Below are positions 1 through 11,294 of a stretch of 64,000 nucleotides of DNA, one piece after another. The notes below the pieces were generated by a model. It was given only the letters and a program-made list of their open reading frames with translations, was not told the DNA's origin and made no database searches. The DNA lies in the IMG/VR virus record IMGVR_UViG_3300028676_000003, positions 186,001-250,000 of that record, one strand, 5' to 3'. Position numbers and translations under genes: made by a program. Position 1 is the stretch's first letter. Every line of letters begins with the position of its first letter.

Positions 1-810
1 AAACTAGATTCAGCGAGCGTTCTATCTAAGGTAGATAACCCTAACAAAACACAGTCAAATGTTACTGGTTTTGAGGTTTTCGGTGGAATGTATACACTAA
101 AATTACCAGCGGCACAATTCGGAGCCAAAGGATTTTATTCGATTATGATTAAACCAGTCGAAATTAGAACAACTATCGTAGATGTTGGTGTTTTATCAGC
201 ATTTCCTGATATTAAAGGACTAGTATTCGATTTATCGACAATTCCAAACACATTCCTTAGTAAGTTTGAGAATAATGGTCTTGTTGGGTATAGAATTGAG
301 TATTTAAACACGAATACTGGTGGAAGTGATGCTAAATTGAACAATTTCTTTAGAGTTATTACATCAAACAACAGAGCTGAACCAGTTAACCAAAATCTTA
401 CGAATTCTAATCAAAAAGCAATACGTTACAGATTCAACGACAATTCAACTCTTACATTTTGTACACTAACACCAGCTTCAGCATCAAATGTTAAACCAAA
501 TGCGTTGCCATTCATTGGACAACCTAATCAACAAGTGATTATTACAAATACATTATTCAATCCATTTATGCTTGAAGTAGAAATGGTTGAACACGATATT
601 GAAACTCTTGCATATGCATTGTTAGGAAACCAAAGCAAGTCTCTTGAAGATGGTATTTATACAATTTACAATTTCAGCAACGATATCTACAAACAATATA
701 ACTTGTATGAAATAAAAGACCAATTTACTGGTAAACCATTGTTCGAGGTTAGAGAAGAAAGAACGGCTATAGATTTTAGCAAAACATTTAATAATGTAAC
801 AACAATTTAA
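1..810 (+). CDS. Probable virion structural protein, 5'-truncated by window edge
   Basis: Frame is open from base 1 into the 88..810 ORF; upstream of large structural genes. Confidence 0.5.
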   Translation, partial: KLDSASVLSKVDNPNKTQSNVTGFEVFGGMYTLKLPAAQFGAKGFYSIMIKPVEIRTTIVDVGVLSAFPDIKGLVFDLSTIPNTFLSKFENNGLVGYRIEYLNTNTGGSDAKLNNFFRVITSNNRAEPVNQNLTNSNQKAIRYRFNDNSTLTFCTLTPASASNVKPNALPFIGQPNQQVIITNTLFNPFMLEVEMVEHDIETLAYALLGNQSKSLEDGIYTIYNFSNDIYKQYNLYEIKDQFTGKPLFEVREERTAIDFSKTFNNVTTI

Positions 811-814
811 TAAA

Positions 815-3800
815 ATGAGTGATAAAAAAATAAAAGTAGCGGGGTATGCAAAGAAGGTTGTATATGACGGTAACATAGAATACAGAAATTTCAGTCCTGA
901 CCTAGTTGGTGTACAATTAGCTAGTAATGGTGGAACCCCTTTGTTTACAATGGGGAATTTTTCTATTACAACCAATCTTGACCCTAAAACCAATAAGTCT
1001 TTTATTACCAATAGTTTTTCAAATTTTACGTCTCTTGATGACTTACAGTTAACACTTGACCAAACCAAGGCTCTTTTAACAAATAATGCTGGTGTAATTC
1101 TTAACTTGGATAAAACCAATCTTAAATACTACTCATTATTTGGTTCACTTACTGAGTTTGTTAGAGTTTCATTGGAAAATGTTATTACTACTTGGCCCGC
1201 TTCATTGTATATGTATTCAGTGAATACTAATGCGGCAGGTACAACAATTACAAATAATACATTCGATAATTATACTTATGATAGTATTTCAGATACTTCT
1301 AGCTTTAGAGTTAATACAAATTCAATCATAAACAGCTTTGATATCAATTACCTTTTAAACGGAACTATCCAAGATACTTTCAATGCATCAAATGATATAA
1401 GAAACTTAACAGTAAACTTTTATTCATATGCTGTATTATTTGAAGGTGTGGAATTTCCAGTAATTGGATATACTGGTTCAACTGATACCGTAAACGATTT
1501 TATCTATTTTGATATCAAAGGAAACCCGTTTTCAGGACAACCAAACAATATAACTTATCACGTAAAGCCAAATAAGACGATTGAAGACACGTTCTTTAAT
1601 ACGTTGGATGATTTTACCTCTTATCTATTAAATCGTCTTATAACACCTGTTTATACGGCTACATTCAGTTATCCAATCAAATCTGAAGATGGATTGATTC
1701 TTTATGTAGATAAATCAGTAACTTGGCCTGTAAGTGATGGTTATAACATTGATTTTGATTCAGGTGAGTATTTGTCGTATGCAACAGAATTATTTGAAAT
1801 TGCAACAAATAATGACTTGTATACAAGTAACCTTATGAATAGATTTCTTGTATCGGAATCTATTACATCATTTGATACACAACCTGTATTCCTTGCCGAT
1901 GAGCATATGGATTCTTCAGGTCAAAAAATGAACAAGACTCTTAATCTTTATGGTCAAGAATTTGATGATATTAATAAGTTTATTACTGGTATTTCTTTTG
2001 CACATACAGTAACATATGATAAATTGGATAACACACCTGATATCTACGTTAAAGATTTAGCGAGAGTAATGGGTTGGGACCTTATCTCAAGTGTTGTAGA
2101 AAACGATTTATTAGCGAATTATGTAAAAGCGTCAAAATCAACATATAGTGGTCAAACTGTTGGACTTACAGCAGTAGAAGCTGATGTTGAGCTATGGAGA
2201 AGACTTATTCTTAATTCACCTTGGATTTGGAAATCTAAAGGAGCTAGAAAAACAGTTGAATTCTTATTGAAGTTCATTGGAACTCCGCAAGGACTAATCC
2301 AATTTAATGAATATGTTTATAAAGCAGATGGACCGATTGATATTGATTTCTTTACACAAGTTCTAGAATTAAATGGTCTTGATACTGATTTGACATTATA
2401 TTCATTGGATTCAAATGGTTATCCAAGATTTCAAACAGATACTGATGATATGTACTTCCAAAATGATGGTCTTTGGTACCGTGAAACTGGTGGTGCTGAC
2501 TCAGTGGTTGATATCCTTACTGGAAATAACCCACACGTTGGGCCTTATGATGGTGGATATAAATACATCAATCAATTAAGAACACTTATACCTAATTTTT
2601 CAGCGGTAACGATTACTGGTGAAACAATTACTAGTGGAACAACAAATCTATTTACAAATTATCTATTAGGTGATATAACTAACTATACAGGAGCTACTTA
2701 CGTTGATGTAATAAATGATGATGGAAGCGAAATAAATTCTACACTTGTTGTAGTATCAAGTATTATTGATGACCCAAGACCAACTGTAGAACAAACACCT
2801 TGTGGTTGTATTCCAGCTAGTGCTGATGACGCTTTGAGTATCTGTGTTAAAACAGTTGAACCAACAATTGCATTACCTTGTAGTAGTCTTGCTAATCAAC
2901 CAACGAAAGATAATGAAAATGGTTATTATGTGTTCCAAAAATACCAATATAACCAAGATGGTAGTATTTATTCAGTTAATGGAAATCCTGTTTTAACAAA
3001 TGGATTATTCATTGACAGAGAGTGTTGTACTGCGTTGAACGGTGCTCCAAGTTATTCAGACTATGTTAACCCTACAAATAGCGAAGTATCAAGTGGTTAT
3101 GCATGTTGTCATGGTAATAATTGTGGTTGTTCACTAGCTTGTAATTGGTATTTAAGTCCAAGTACTATTTCAATAAGTGGAAATAACTTTTTAGATTTCA
3201 GAACCCTTTTCGGAACTGGAACTCATAAGGTTGTATCTCCTGATACTTCTAATTGTCCGACACGTTGGTCAACACCAGTACCAAATATCATTGACCCATA
3301 TACTAATGAAACAGGTTTTGGATGTAAGATTAATTCACTTGGAGTTACTGAGTTTACTACAATGGTAAACTACTTTAAGGCTAAGGCTGATGGTGGTAAT
3401 GGTGAGGTTAAGTGTTGTGCTTTCACACCTGAATACTATATTGATTTAATAACACCACCGCCAGTTGTTGTAGTACCACCAGTTGAACCGCCAGTGGTTA
3501 TACCGCCAGCGGGTTGTAAACCAATTCTTATATTTGATTATATCGGAAACGGTGGTCCAGCAATCTTTAAATATAAGGTTTGTGGTGATTCAAATTATTC
3601 AACACATACATTTAACTTGTTACCATCAACGGCTAACCCATATACTTACCCAGTTTACTCTGATTCAGCGTTTACTACCAAGTGTATTGTTGAAAATAGT
3701 ATGGAATTAGTAAGTGGAGATATAACAATAACTCAAAACAGATATATTTATTCAGGTACGAGTTGTACAAGTAACCCACCAGTTGTTGTACCACCAATTG

Positions 3801-4459
3801 TTAGTAGAGCTTGGCATTTCAGTAATGTAGGTAATACAACAGTAATGGATTCTTGTGGTAATAATACGTTTACATTAACACTTTACACAAGTCCACAAAA
3901 TGGTGCAACACCACTTATGGGTAGTCAAATGTTTACTGATGCTAATTTAACAACACTTTATACAGGTGGTAACCTATGGTATAACTCTAAAGAGGCATCT
4001 GCTGGAACACCAACATCTTACAAGATAAATAATGCGGGTGTTCTTATAGATTCATCAACTTGTCCTGATTATTGTTGTGGTGATTTAATATTCTACGCTT
4101 CTAACTTTACAGGTGAAAATATGAGTTATGCTTATCAAGATTGTGATACTGGTACGACGATTTACGTATTTATACCTTATGGTGGACAACCTGAAACGGC
4201 TTATGGTAGAATTCAGTGTGGTCAACACCAATTTGGAATGAGTGCATATAAAAGCACTGGTGCTGAAGCTTGTGCTTATGTTGGAGCTGAAATAATACTT
4301 TATGCGGCAACAAATGCCTTGAGTATTGGTACTATTGTATTTGAAGATGCTTCACTACAATATCCAGCAATTCACGGTACAACATTCATGAAAGAAATGG
4401 CAACTGGTAAGGTTTGGAAGATAGTAAATTCTAAGATTACAGCACAATATACATGTTAA
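815..4459 (+). CDS. Large virion protein, baseplate-wedge-like N-half and Cys-rich C-terminal modules
   Basis: 1214 aa; 'WKSKGARKTVEFLLKFIG' resembles baseplate wedge motif; Cys/Pro-rich tail modules. Confidence 0.5.
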   Translation: MSDKKIKVAGYAKKVVYDGNIEYRNFSPDLVGVQLASNGGTPLFTMGNFSITTNLDPKTNKSFITNSFSNFTSLDDLQLTLDQTKALLTNNAGVILNLDKTNLKYYSLFGSLTEFVRVSLENVITTWPASLYMYSVNTNAAGTTITNNTFDNYTYDSISDTSSFRVNTNSIINSFDINYLLNGTIQDTFNASNDIRNLTVNFYSYAVLFEGVEFPVIGYTGSTDTVNDFIYFDIKGNPFSGQPNNITYHVKPNKTIEDTFFNTLDDFTSYLLNRLITPVYTATFSYPIKSEDGLILYVDKSVTWPVSDGYNIDFDSGEYLSYATELFEIATNNDLYTSNLMNRFLVSESITSFDTQPVFLADEHMDSSGQKMNKTLNLYGQEFDDINKFITGISFAHTVTYDKLDNTPDIYVKDLARVMGWDLISSVVENDLLANYVKASKSTYSGQTVGLTAVEADVELWRRLILNSPWIWKSKGARKTVEFLLKFIGTPQGLIQFNEYVYKADGPIDIDFFTQVLELNGLDTDLTLYSLDSNGYPRFQTDTDDMYFQNDGLWYRETGGADSVVDILTGNNPHVGPYDGGYKYINQLRTLIPNFSAVTITGETITSGTTNLFTNYLLGDITNYTGATYVDVINDDGSEINSTLVVVSSIIDDPRPTVEQTPCGCIPASADDALSICVKTVEPTIALPCSSLANQPTKDNENGYYVFQKYQYNQDGSIYSVNGNPVLTNGLFIDRECCTALNGAPSYSDYVNPTNSEVSSGYACCHGNNCGCSLACNWYLSPSTISISGNNFLDFRTLFGTGTHKVVSPDTSNCPTRWSTPVPNIIDPYTNETGFGCKINSLGVTEFTTMVNYFKAKADGGNGEVKCCAFTPEYYIDLITPPPVVVVPPVEPPVVIPPAGCKPILIFDYIGNGGPAIFKYKVCGDSNYSTHTFNLLPSTANPYTYPVYSDSAFTTKCIVENSMELVSGDITITQNRYIYSGTSCTSNPPVVVPPIVSRAWHFSNVGNTTVMDSCGNNTFTLTLYTSPQNGATPLMGSQMFTDANLTTLYTGGNLWYNSKEASAGTPTSYKINNAGVLIDSSTCPDYCCGDLIFYASNFTGENMSYAYQDCDTGTTIYVFIPYGGQPETAYGRIQCGQHQFGMSAYKSTGAEACAYVGAEIILYAATNALSIGTIVFEDASLQYPAIHGTTFMKEMATGKVWKIVNSKITAQYTC

Positions 4460-4485
4460 AATAAAAATAAAATAAATAAAAATAA

Positions 4486-7035
4486 ATGGCAAATACTAAC
4501 TTATCAGAAGTTATAAGCAAATGTACAACGCTTTGGAACACTGCGATTTCACAAAATGGAATCATCAAAAATGCAGATGGAACAATATCGGTGTATGTTA
4601 CAAATAGTAATAACGTAAAAGCTCCTTATCAAGTAACCAAGACATGTTGTGAAACACTTGCTACTATGACAAATGAGGGTTATTTCTATGATTTAGATAC
4701 ACAAAAATGTAAATGGTCAATCGTTAACCAAGATGAGGTTAGCGATAAGCCATTTAAGATTGTATTGAATCCAACTGGTAATGATGGTAGTATTTTCCAT
4801 TATGACACAAATGAAACTTGTTCTTTGGTAGTTGATTTAGACTATTTGTTGAAATTTGATTGTGAAGTTCTTTCAAATATACTTTCACCAGTAACACCAA
4901 TTGACTCAGCTACGCTTGCAAAAATAAATAACCTACAAACTCAAATTAATCAACAAAGTGTCTTATTAGAAGAAGTTGAATCTGATTTGAACTTATATAG
5001 AATAGAGTTGGATAATCTGACATATTCTATCGTTTGTGATTCATTTCCAATACAAGATTCAAATCTTATTGCTGACCCACAAACAAGTGTAACACCTACA
5101 GCCAAACAAATTGTACCTTTTAGTAAAACAGCGTTTGGTAATGTAGCACCATTTTCATTTGCTTATGCAACGAAAGCGGTAACATATTGTCTTACAGAAC
5201 CAACAGGTCTTGAAGTTTGGGAAAGTATTCTTGGAACAAACAGATATCAGTCATTCTTAAATGGAAATGCTGATTCTTATACTTGTAATGATGTAATTAA
5301 CATTTTTAATCAAAGCGCATCGAGTTCTGAGGTTCTTATTTATGAGTGTACAACACCTTTCGGGGCCAAGACACTTGTTCAAAGTAAGATAAACGCTCTT
5401 GAATTGCAACAAGCAAGTCTTATTGACAGTATCTTAGCGTTACAAACTGAATTAAACCAAGTACAAAGACTAGAAGCAAATAGTTGTGATTATCCTATGG
5501 GTATTCTTGAAACAATGGATGTATCTATGTCTATTGATTTAGTAGAACAAAATGGTAATTTAACAAGTGTTTATGATAATAATATCTTTCCAGCAATAGG
5601 ATTAGGTAATCTATATGAATACTTAACACTAAAAGGTGATAAGAGTGGTTTTTTCATTTGCGGCCAACCTAATTCAACTGAGACTTGGACTAGCGGTTGT
5701 ACTGGTTTAAATTTATCAGCGTCAAGCTTAGGACAAGAAACAAATGTAACATCTTGTATCAATATTCATGATTATTTCTTGAATGAATTATATACTGAAT
5801 CAGGTTATAGAGATGTAACTGATGGATTAACAGCGTTTACAACATCACTAACACCAAATGTTTTAGCTTCAGAATGGCTACATTATTCGGTTAATATTGA
5901 TGATAAAGCAATCATTGAACAAATTACAGACCAAAAGATTAAATTAAGTCTTAAGATTAATAGTTCTTGTGGTGATTTCTGTGTTCTTGTTGATAATATT
6001 TCATTGAATAAGGTTTGTACTCAAGTTGATAGAAATGATATTGTTGTTTCGAAATCTCCTGGTTTCCAATTATCTAGAGTTATAGATAATAAGAAATCTT
6101 GGGTAAATAACGATTCACTTATTTCTAGAGTTTTTGATATTAATAATGTTAATACAAATTCTGATATTCGTCAAACGGATTACCAAATCAAAGATGAAAG
6201 ACTTGTTATTAATACCAAGGAAATTGACTTGGATTTAAACTCAGCAAAAGCGGTAGAGTATGATGTTTTAACATTCATACAAGATAATCCTTGTTTATTA
6301 ACTGGTGAAACAACATGTCAGCCTTGTATTGATGATAATAAAATGTTCCAAGATGATGAGTGTTTTATCTTCATGGATGGTGATTCATATGACTTCCAAG
6401 ATGGAATTGATGGTGATGATAACCCATGTTGTGGTGACCATACAGATTACTCTAAGTTATTTACAACAGACTTATCTACAATTACAACCGTTGAGATGTT
6501 TGAGACTGTCTTAACGTCAGAAATTATTGATGCTAAGAATAGACAAACAATTTCAAGTTATCCAACACTTAAAGCCCTATATGAGAGATATCTTGCAAGT
6601 AGTGGTTTTTGTGGTGTACAAAGCTCAGGATTCAACTATGAAAATATGGACCAATTTGCAGGTCTTATTGGTGATTATTGGGTAGATATCATTGAACAAG
6701 TAATTCCAGCAACAACACTTTGGGGAAGTGCTAGAATCTATACAAATACCCTATTTGACCAACAGAAATTTAAATATAGAAGTTATTCATCTTTATTCTG
6801 TGAAAATACACATCCTGATATCAAAAATGTTAAAGGAATCTTCTGTAATTCAGAAGAAGTAGAGGTAATAACATCGGTAATAACACAAGTCGGAGCTAAT
6901 GAGATTCAACCTAAACCAATTTACACTAGATGTAATAAGATTTATCTAGTTCAAATGAATGCAAGTTCAGAGTTTATTGGAACTGTTAGTTTTTCAAATA
7001 ATAATGAGAATTCAGTAACAGAAATCATAATCTAA
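4486..7035 (+). CDS. Large virion structural protein with coiled coil
   Basis: 849 aa, coiled-coil segments, structural-gene context. Confidence 0.45.
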   Translation: MANTNLSEVISKCTTLWNTAISQNGIIKNADGTISVYVTNSNNVKAPYQVTKTCCETLATMTNEGYFYDLDTQKCKWSIVNQDEVSDKPFKIVLNPTGNDGSIFHYDTNETCSLVVDLDYLLKFDCEVLSNILSPVTPIDSATLAKINNLQTQINQQSVLLEEVESDLNLYRIELDNLTYSIVCDSFPIQDSNLIADPQTSVTPTAKQIVPFSKTAFGNVAPFSFAYATKAVTYCLTEPTGLEVWESILGTNRYQSFLNGNADSYTCNDVINIFNQSASSSEVLIYECTTPFGAKTLVQSKINALELQQASLIDSILALQTELNQVQRLEANSCDYPMGILETMDVSMSIDLVEQNGNLTSVYDNNIFPAIGLGNLYEYLTLKGDKSGFFICGQPNSTETWTSGCTGLNLSASSLGQETNVTSCINIHDYFLNELYTESGYRDVTDGLTAFTTSLTPNVLASEWLHYSVNIDDKAIIEQITDQKIKLSLKINSSCGDFCVLVDNISLNKVCTQVDRNDIVVSKSPGFQLSRVIDNKKSWVNNDSLISRVFDINNVNTNSDIRQTDYQIKDERLVINTKEIDLDLNSAKAVEYDVLTFIQDNPCLLTGETTCQPCIDDNKMFQDDECFIFMDGDSYDFQDGIDGDDNPCCGDHTDYSKLFTTDLSTITTVEMFETVLTSEIIDAKNRQTISSYPTLKALYERYLASSGFCGVQSSGFNYENMDQFAGLIGDYWVDIIEQVIPATTLWGSARIYTNTLFDQQKFKYRSYSSLFCENTHPDIKNVKGIFCNSEEVEVITSVITQVGANEIQPKPIYTRCNKIYLVQMNASSEFIGTVSFSNNNENSVTEIII

Positions 7036-7057
7036 CAATATTTATAAATAAAAAGAC

Positions 7058-7348
7058 ATGAAATTAACAGATAGACAATTAGCCCCAGTATATTCAGAAA
7101 CGGATTTGATTCACGTAGTATTAACTGGTGATACATCACAAAATCCAGCAGGTAGTTCATATAAAGCTGAAATTGGTAACTATAACAATAATATTGTAAG
7201 GGACCTAATCATCAATATAAATTATTTGCCAAATGATTACACGGAACAAGATGTTTGCGATTACATAAACAACTTACCACCTGAAGAAAGAACAATTGCT
7301 CCAACGGATAGTAAGTGGAACGTAATCATAGCAGTTTTAGGTAGCTAA
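7058..7348 (+). CDS. Small tail-fibre-associated protein
   Basis: 96 aa, preceded by ATATTTATA motif; N-terminus resembles fibre anchoring segments. Confidence 0.4.
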   Translation: MKLTDRQLAPVYSETDLIHVVLTGDTSQNPAGSSYKAEIGNYNNNIVRDLIININYLPNDYTEQDVCDYINNLPPEERTIAPTDSKWNVIIAVLGS

Positions 7349-7977
7349 TGACGGTTTATATTCCATCATATTTCAAGGATTACCAAGAAAGAAAAGATAA
7401 ATTTAAAGAGGTCATTGATTCATACCTTAAGCTAGATTTTTATATTGTAATTTATTGGATGAATCCTAGTAATGAAAAGATACTGAACGAAAGAATAAAA
7501 TATATAGATGCTGATGAAATAGTCAATGCATCTATAGCTAGAAATCATCTTTTAAGGCTATTTTACGCAAGCGAAGATGATGAAGCAATACTAAGTGACG
7601 ATGACACGATTTTAAACGCTTTTAACAGCTTTAAAATAGATTTTGATGTAATATCACTAGTTAACGATAAAAGACCTGAAATAGTTGAAACTCCGATGAT
7701 ATCAAGTGCTATCATGATTGTTAAAAATTTAAAGAAGAAATATGATAAAGAGTTGTATTTTGATGAAAGTCTAGAATCTAACCAAGACTACGATTTTGGG
7801 TTAAATTTGGTAAGTAACGGATTAAAGGTCGGAACGCTGAATACTCAACAAGTAGAAATAAATAAAGGAAAATCAGTAATGTTTGACAATCAAATGCAAA
7901 GATTGTATAGAAAAAATCAAACACTGCACACAATAATAAAAAAATGGAAATTAAACGATGGATTTAGTAATAGATAG
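7348..7977 (+). CDS. Glycosyltransferase, GT-A/family-2-like
   Basis: 'VYIPSY', 'ASIARN', DxD-type 'SDDD', 'QDYDF' motifs. Confidence 0.6.
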   Translation: MTVYIPSYFKDYQERKDKFKEVIDSYLKLDFYIVIYWMNPSNEKILNERIKYIDADEIVNASIARNHLLRLFYASEDDEAILSDDDTILNAFNSFKIDFDVISLVNDKRPEIVETPMISSAIMIVKNLKKKYDKELYFDESLESNQDYDFGLNLVSNGLKVGTLNTQQVEINKGKSVMFDNQMQRLYRKNQTLHTIIKKWKLNDGFSNR

Positions 7978-9007
7978 AATATATGAAATTCAAAATATTG
8001 GAAAGGGTGAAATAATAAATATTCTTCCTGAAAATCTTTTGGAGTTATATAACGTTGATAATAACACCCTTTGGGAACGTGGAAGTGGTTATGGTTCGTT
8101 GATACCAAAAGGTTCAAACAACACAGCTACTCAAAATAATTCTATTGCTATTGGTGCAGGTACTGAAGCAACTGGTAATGATTCATTTGCTGGTGGTTTT
8201 TTATCAATCGCAACCAATAATAATGCTTTTGCCTTTGGTTATCAAACACTTGCTGACCAAGTAAATGCTTTTGCTATTGGTTCTGCAACAACAGCTTCAG
8301 GAACCAATTCATTTGCTGGTAATGAAAGTACACTTGCTTCAGGTTATGCTTCTTTTGCTGTAGGTAGAGGAACTATTGCCAGTGGTATGGTTGGTTCAGC
8401 ATTTGGTAATGGAACAACAGCGGCAAACTATTCAACAACAGCATTTGGTAATTTTACAAACGCAAACGGTGATACATCATTTGCGGCTGGTTATTTAAGT
8501 GATGCAAACGGTGATTATTCATTCGTATTGGGTGCTGGTAGTATTGTTAACGGTAACTATTCTATTGTATTAGGTCAAAATATTACTGGAAATCAAAATG
8601 ATACAACATATGTTGATAATTTGAATATTAAGACTCTTGGAGTTGGAGCACCAGTTACTAGCCTTGCAATTGATTCAAATGGTTATGTAGTTCCAGCACA
8701 AGCGCAAAACCTACAAAAAACAATCACTGGTAGTACAACACTAACAACAGCTGATAATAATTATACAATCCTTATTAATAACGGAGCTAACCCAATTACA
8801 ATTACAGTACCAGCTGGTTTATTATCAGCAATAAGTATTGGATTCATTCAACAAGGAACAGGTGATGTAACATTTATTGCTTCAGGAACAACAATTAGAA
8901 CACCTCTAGTTGGAGCCTTTAAGATTAAAGGTCAAAATTATAATGCTTACTTAGAACAAGTAGGAAATACAGACGTTTATCATTTATTAGGTAATTTAAA
9001 AGTATAA
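7958..9007 (+). CDS. Tail fibre/adhesin with YadA-head-like 14-aa repeats
   Basis: Repeated 'A.G..S.A.G' units. Confidence 0.7.
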   Translation: MDLVIDRIYEIQNIGKGEIINILPENLLELYNVDNNTLWERGSGYGSLIPKGSNNTATQNNSIAIGAGTEATGNDSFAGGFLSIATNNNAFAFGYQTLADQVNAFAIGSATTASGTNSFAGNESTLASGYASFAVGRGTIASGMVGSAFGNGTTAANYSTTAFGNFTNANGDTSFAAGYLSDANGDYSFVLGAGSIVNGNYSIVLGQNITGNQNDTTYVDNLNIKTLGVGAPVTSLAIDSNGYVVPAQAQNLQKTITGSTTLTTADNNYTILINNGANPITITVPAGLLSAISIGFIQQGTGDVTFIASGTTIRTPLVGAFKIKGQNYNAYLEQVGNTDVYHLLGNLKV

Positions 9008-9010
9008 TTT

Positions 9011-9679
9011 ATGTGGAATTTTAAAAGAGATATCTTTAGGTCGGAAATGGATTCTGGTATTGAAATAGATTTATGTTTTGATACCATTAGCCCAAGTGCG
9101 GCTTGTTTTAGTTGTGGAGAAATAGAATTCGAACCTTTTGATTCAATGGTTGTAAGATTTATCTATGAAAAACCTTCAAATGGTACAGATTTAGATATTA
9201 TGGTATTTTATGACAATACAGGTACAATATACGATAAAGATGCAGTAGGATATGGACAAACACCTAATGGAACCAAGGTTCCAACTGATGCAACACCTGA
9301 TGGTAATGCTTACTTATGGTGGGCTTCTGATGATGTTGGAACTACAGGTGGAACTTGTGTTGAAGCGGTTGTTATTGGAATTAAAAACTTCACAGATAAC
9401 GTATCGACAGTTGGAAACATCATTGATATTCCATTAAGAGTAGGTTGGTTTAACTCAAGAGGTGATGGTAACATTACTATTGAATTAGTTACATATTCAG
9501 GTGGAACAATGTCTAAGGTTGGAACAAATATTATCAATACTGGTGGAGTTGTAGTTGATTCTCAATCTACAACCAAAAATGTTCTGTCTACATCAGGACA
9601 AGTAACTGAAATACACTCAGATTTAGTAGGAACAGTTCAATATAACAAAACAACCAAAGCGGCAATTTTAATAGCATAA
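9011..9679 (+). CDS. Hypothetical beta-rich virion protein
   Basis: 222 aa ORF in fibre cluster. Confidence 0.4.
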   Translation: MWNFKRDIFRSEMDSGIEIDLCFDTISPSAACFSCGEIEFEPFDSMVVRFIYEKPSNGTDLDIMVFYDNTGTIYDKDAVGYGQTPNGTKVPTDATPDGNAYLWWASDDVGTTGGTCVEAVVIGIKNFTDNVSTVGNIIDIPLRVGWFNSRGDGNITIELVTYSGGTMSKVGTNIINTGGVVVDSQSTTKNVLSTSGQVTEIHSDLVGTVQYNKTTKAAILIA

Positions 9680-9680
9680 C

Positions 9681-10874
9681 ATGGCAACATATTTCATAGA
9701 TTCAACAGTATTTTCTGCGGCAACAGCTGTATACACCAATATTGGATTAACAACGCATGCCCCTGATGGATATTATTCATTTAGTGGTACATACAGACAA
9801 CAAAGTGGTGGAGTTTTACTTGCACCAACTAATATATGTGTAGCTACACCAATCATTGCAGTAGATGATGCTTATTCAGCGATTGTAACACAAGGAATAA
9901 ATGGTTACAATATCCTCGCAAATGATACACTAGGTGGAAGTGCGGCAACTACAAGTAACGTGGTTATTTCTCAATTAACTACAAGTAGTCCAAACGTACA
10001 TATAAATATAGGTACAGGTGCTGTAGTTGTTGCTACAGGAACAAGCGTTGGAACTTATTCGATAACATATAAAATTTGTGAGGTTGGAAATCCAACTAAC
10101 TGTGATACTGCAAATATTGCAATTACAATAAGTGCTTTACCAAATTATAATTGCTTTAATTATGGTGCAGATTGTGCGTCAGCTTGTCCTACGTCAGCGG
10201 CTACATTCTCTTATTTCGTGAATAAAACAGCAGGTGCAGGTGAACCCGCTCCTACAGCAGGTTGTTCAGCAGTAACAACAATTCCAGTTTATACAGCAGA
10301 AGAAATTACTGAAATCACAACTGGTATGACAATTTATGTTGATAGTAGCCTTACAACACCATTTAGTGGTGCTTCTAAGTGGTACGGTGTTGGAGCGAAT
10401 GAAGAAGGACCAAGTTACGGTAAATTCCAAGTAAATAATACAGGTACACTTACAGTAAAACAAACTTGTCCTGATTATTGTTGTGGTGAAATAGTTTTAT
10501 ATGCTTCTAACTTTACAGGTGAAGATGCAAATTATTTCATTTATGATTGTGAAACCAATGCAGTAGTTGGTTATACTGTTCATTATGGTGAACCACCAAT
10601 GAGTGTTTACGGTAGAATACAGTGTGGTCTTAATCCATTCCAAATGACAAGAGTAAGAAGCACTGGTGCTGAATCTTGTAACGATGTTGAATTAACATAT
10701 GTATTATATGCTCAAACAAATCTTCTTACAGTTGGTAATTATTTATTTGAAGATAATGCAGGACTATATACTTTCCAACACGGTACAGTATATATGAAAG
10801 AAATAACAACCGATAGAATTTGGAAGGTAAACCAATACGGTAAAATAGAATCAGAATATACATCATGCCCATAA
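9681..10874 (+). CDS. Ig/cadherin-like domain virion protein
   Basis: 'AVDD...NILANDT...GTYSITYKICE...NCDTA' Bacteroidetes Ig-like repeat; C-terminal module shared with 815..4459. Confidence 0.55.
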   Translation: MATYFIDSTVFSAATAVYTNIGLTTHAPDGYYSFSGTYRQQSGGVLLAPTNICVATPIIAVDDAYSAIVTQGINGYNILANDTLGGSAATTSNVVISQLTTSSPNVHINIGTGAVVVATGTSVGTYSITYKICEVGNPTNCDTANIAITISALPNYNCFNYGADCASACPTSAATFSYFVNKTAGAGEPAPTAGCSAVTTIPVYTAEEITEITTGMTIYVDSSLTTPFSGASKWYGVGANEEGPSYGKFQVNNTGTLTVKQTCPDYCCGEIVLYASNFTGEDANYFIYDCETNAVVGYTVHYGEPPMSVYGRIQCGLNPFQMTRVRSTGAESCNDVELTYVLYAQTNLLTVGNYLFEDNAGLYTFQHGTVYMKEITTDRIWKVNQYGKIESEYTSCP

Positions 10875-11293
10875 TAAGTAATCAAAAAACATGGAAACTA
10901 CTTGCACAAATACAAGAAGCTAATAAAGACACAGTTTTTGTTGGTGGAATATCAGAAATGATGCAAGGAAAAAGAGAATCAGCAACAGATATTGATATTT
11001 GTGTATTAAATACTAATGGCCTAGACGTTTTCGGTGAATTAAAAGAATGGATTACCGAATCACCAGTAAGTATAAGTGGAAAAAGAGCTGGAATTGAGAA
11101 TCCAAACTTAATTTTAGATATTTTCATTGAAGACGAACTTCCTGAGTATGTAGAAATACTAGGATTACGTTTCGCTACCTTAGAAGCGTTAGAAACACGT
11201 TATGTAAAGGTAATTAGTGAACTTAATGACCCAACACAACAAAAATTTAAAGAAAGACTTGTTGAACAATTAAATAATTTAAGAAAAGAATAA
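10865..11293 (+). CDS. Nucleotidyltransferase-fold protein
   Basis: 'FVGG.S....G.R..ATDIDI' Pol-beta superfamily motif. Confidence 0.5.
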   Translation: MPIISNQKTWKLLAQIQEANKDTVFVGGISEMMQGKRESATDIDICVLNTNGLDVFGELKEWITESPVSISGKRAGIENPNLILDIFIEDELPEYVEILGLRFATLEALETRYVKVISELNDPTQQKFKERLVEQLNNLRKE

Positions 11294-11294
11294 T

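Noticed and set aside
4057-10489. Diversity-generating retroelement template/variable repeat pair
   Set aside because: Both copies are coding, differences are not adenine-specific, and no reverse transcriptase is in the window.
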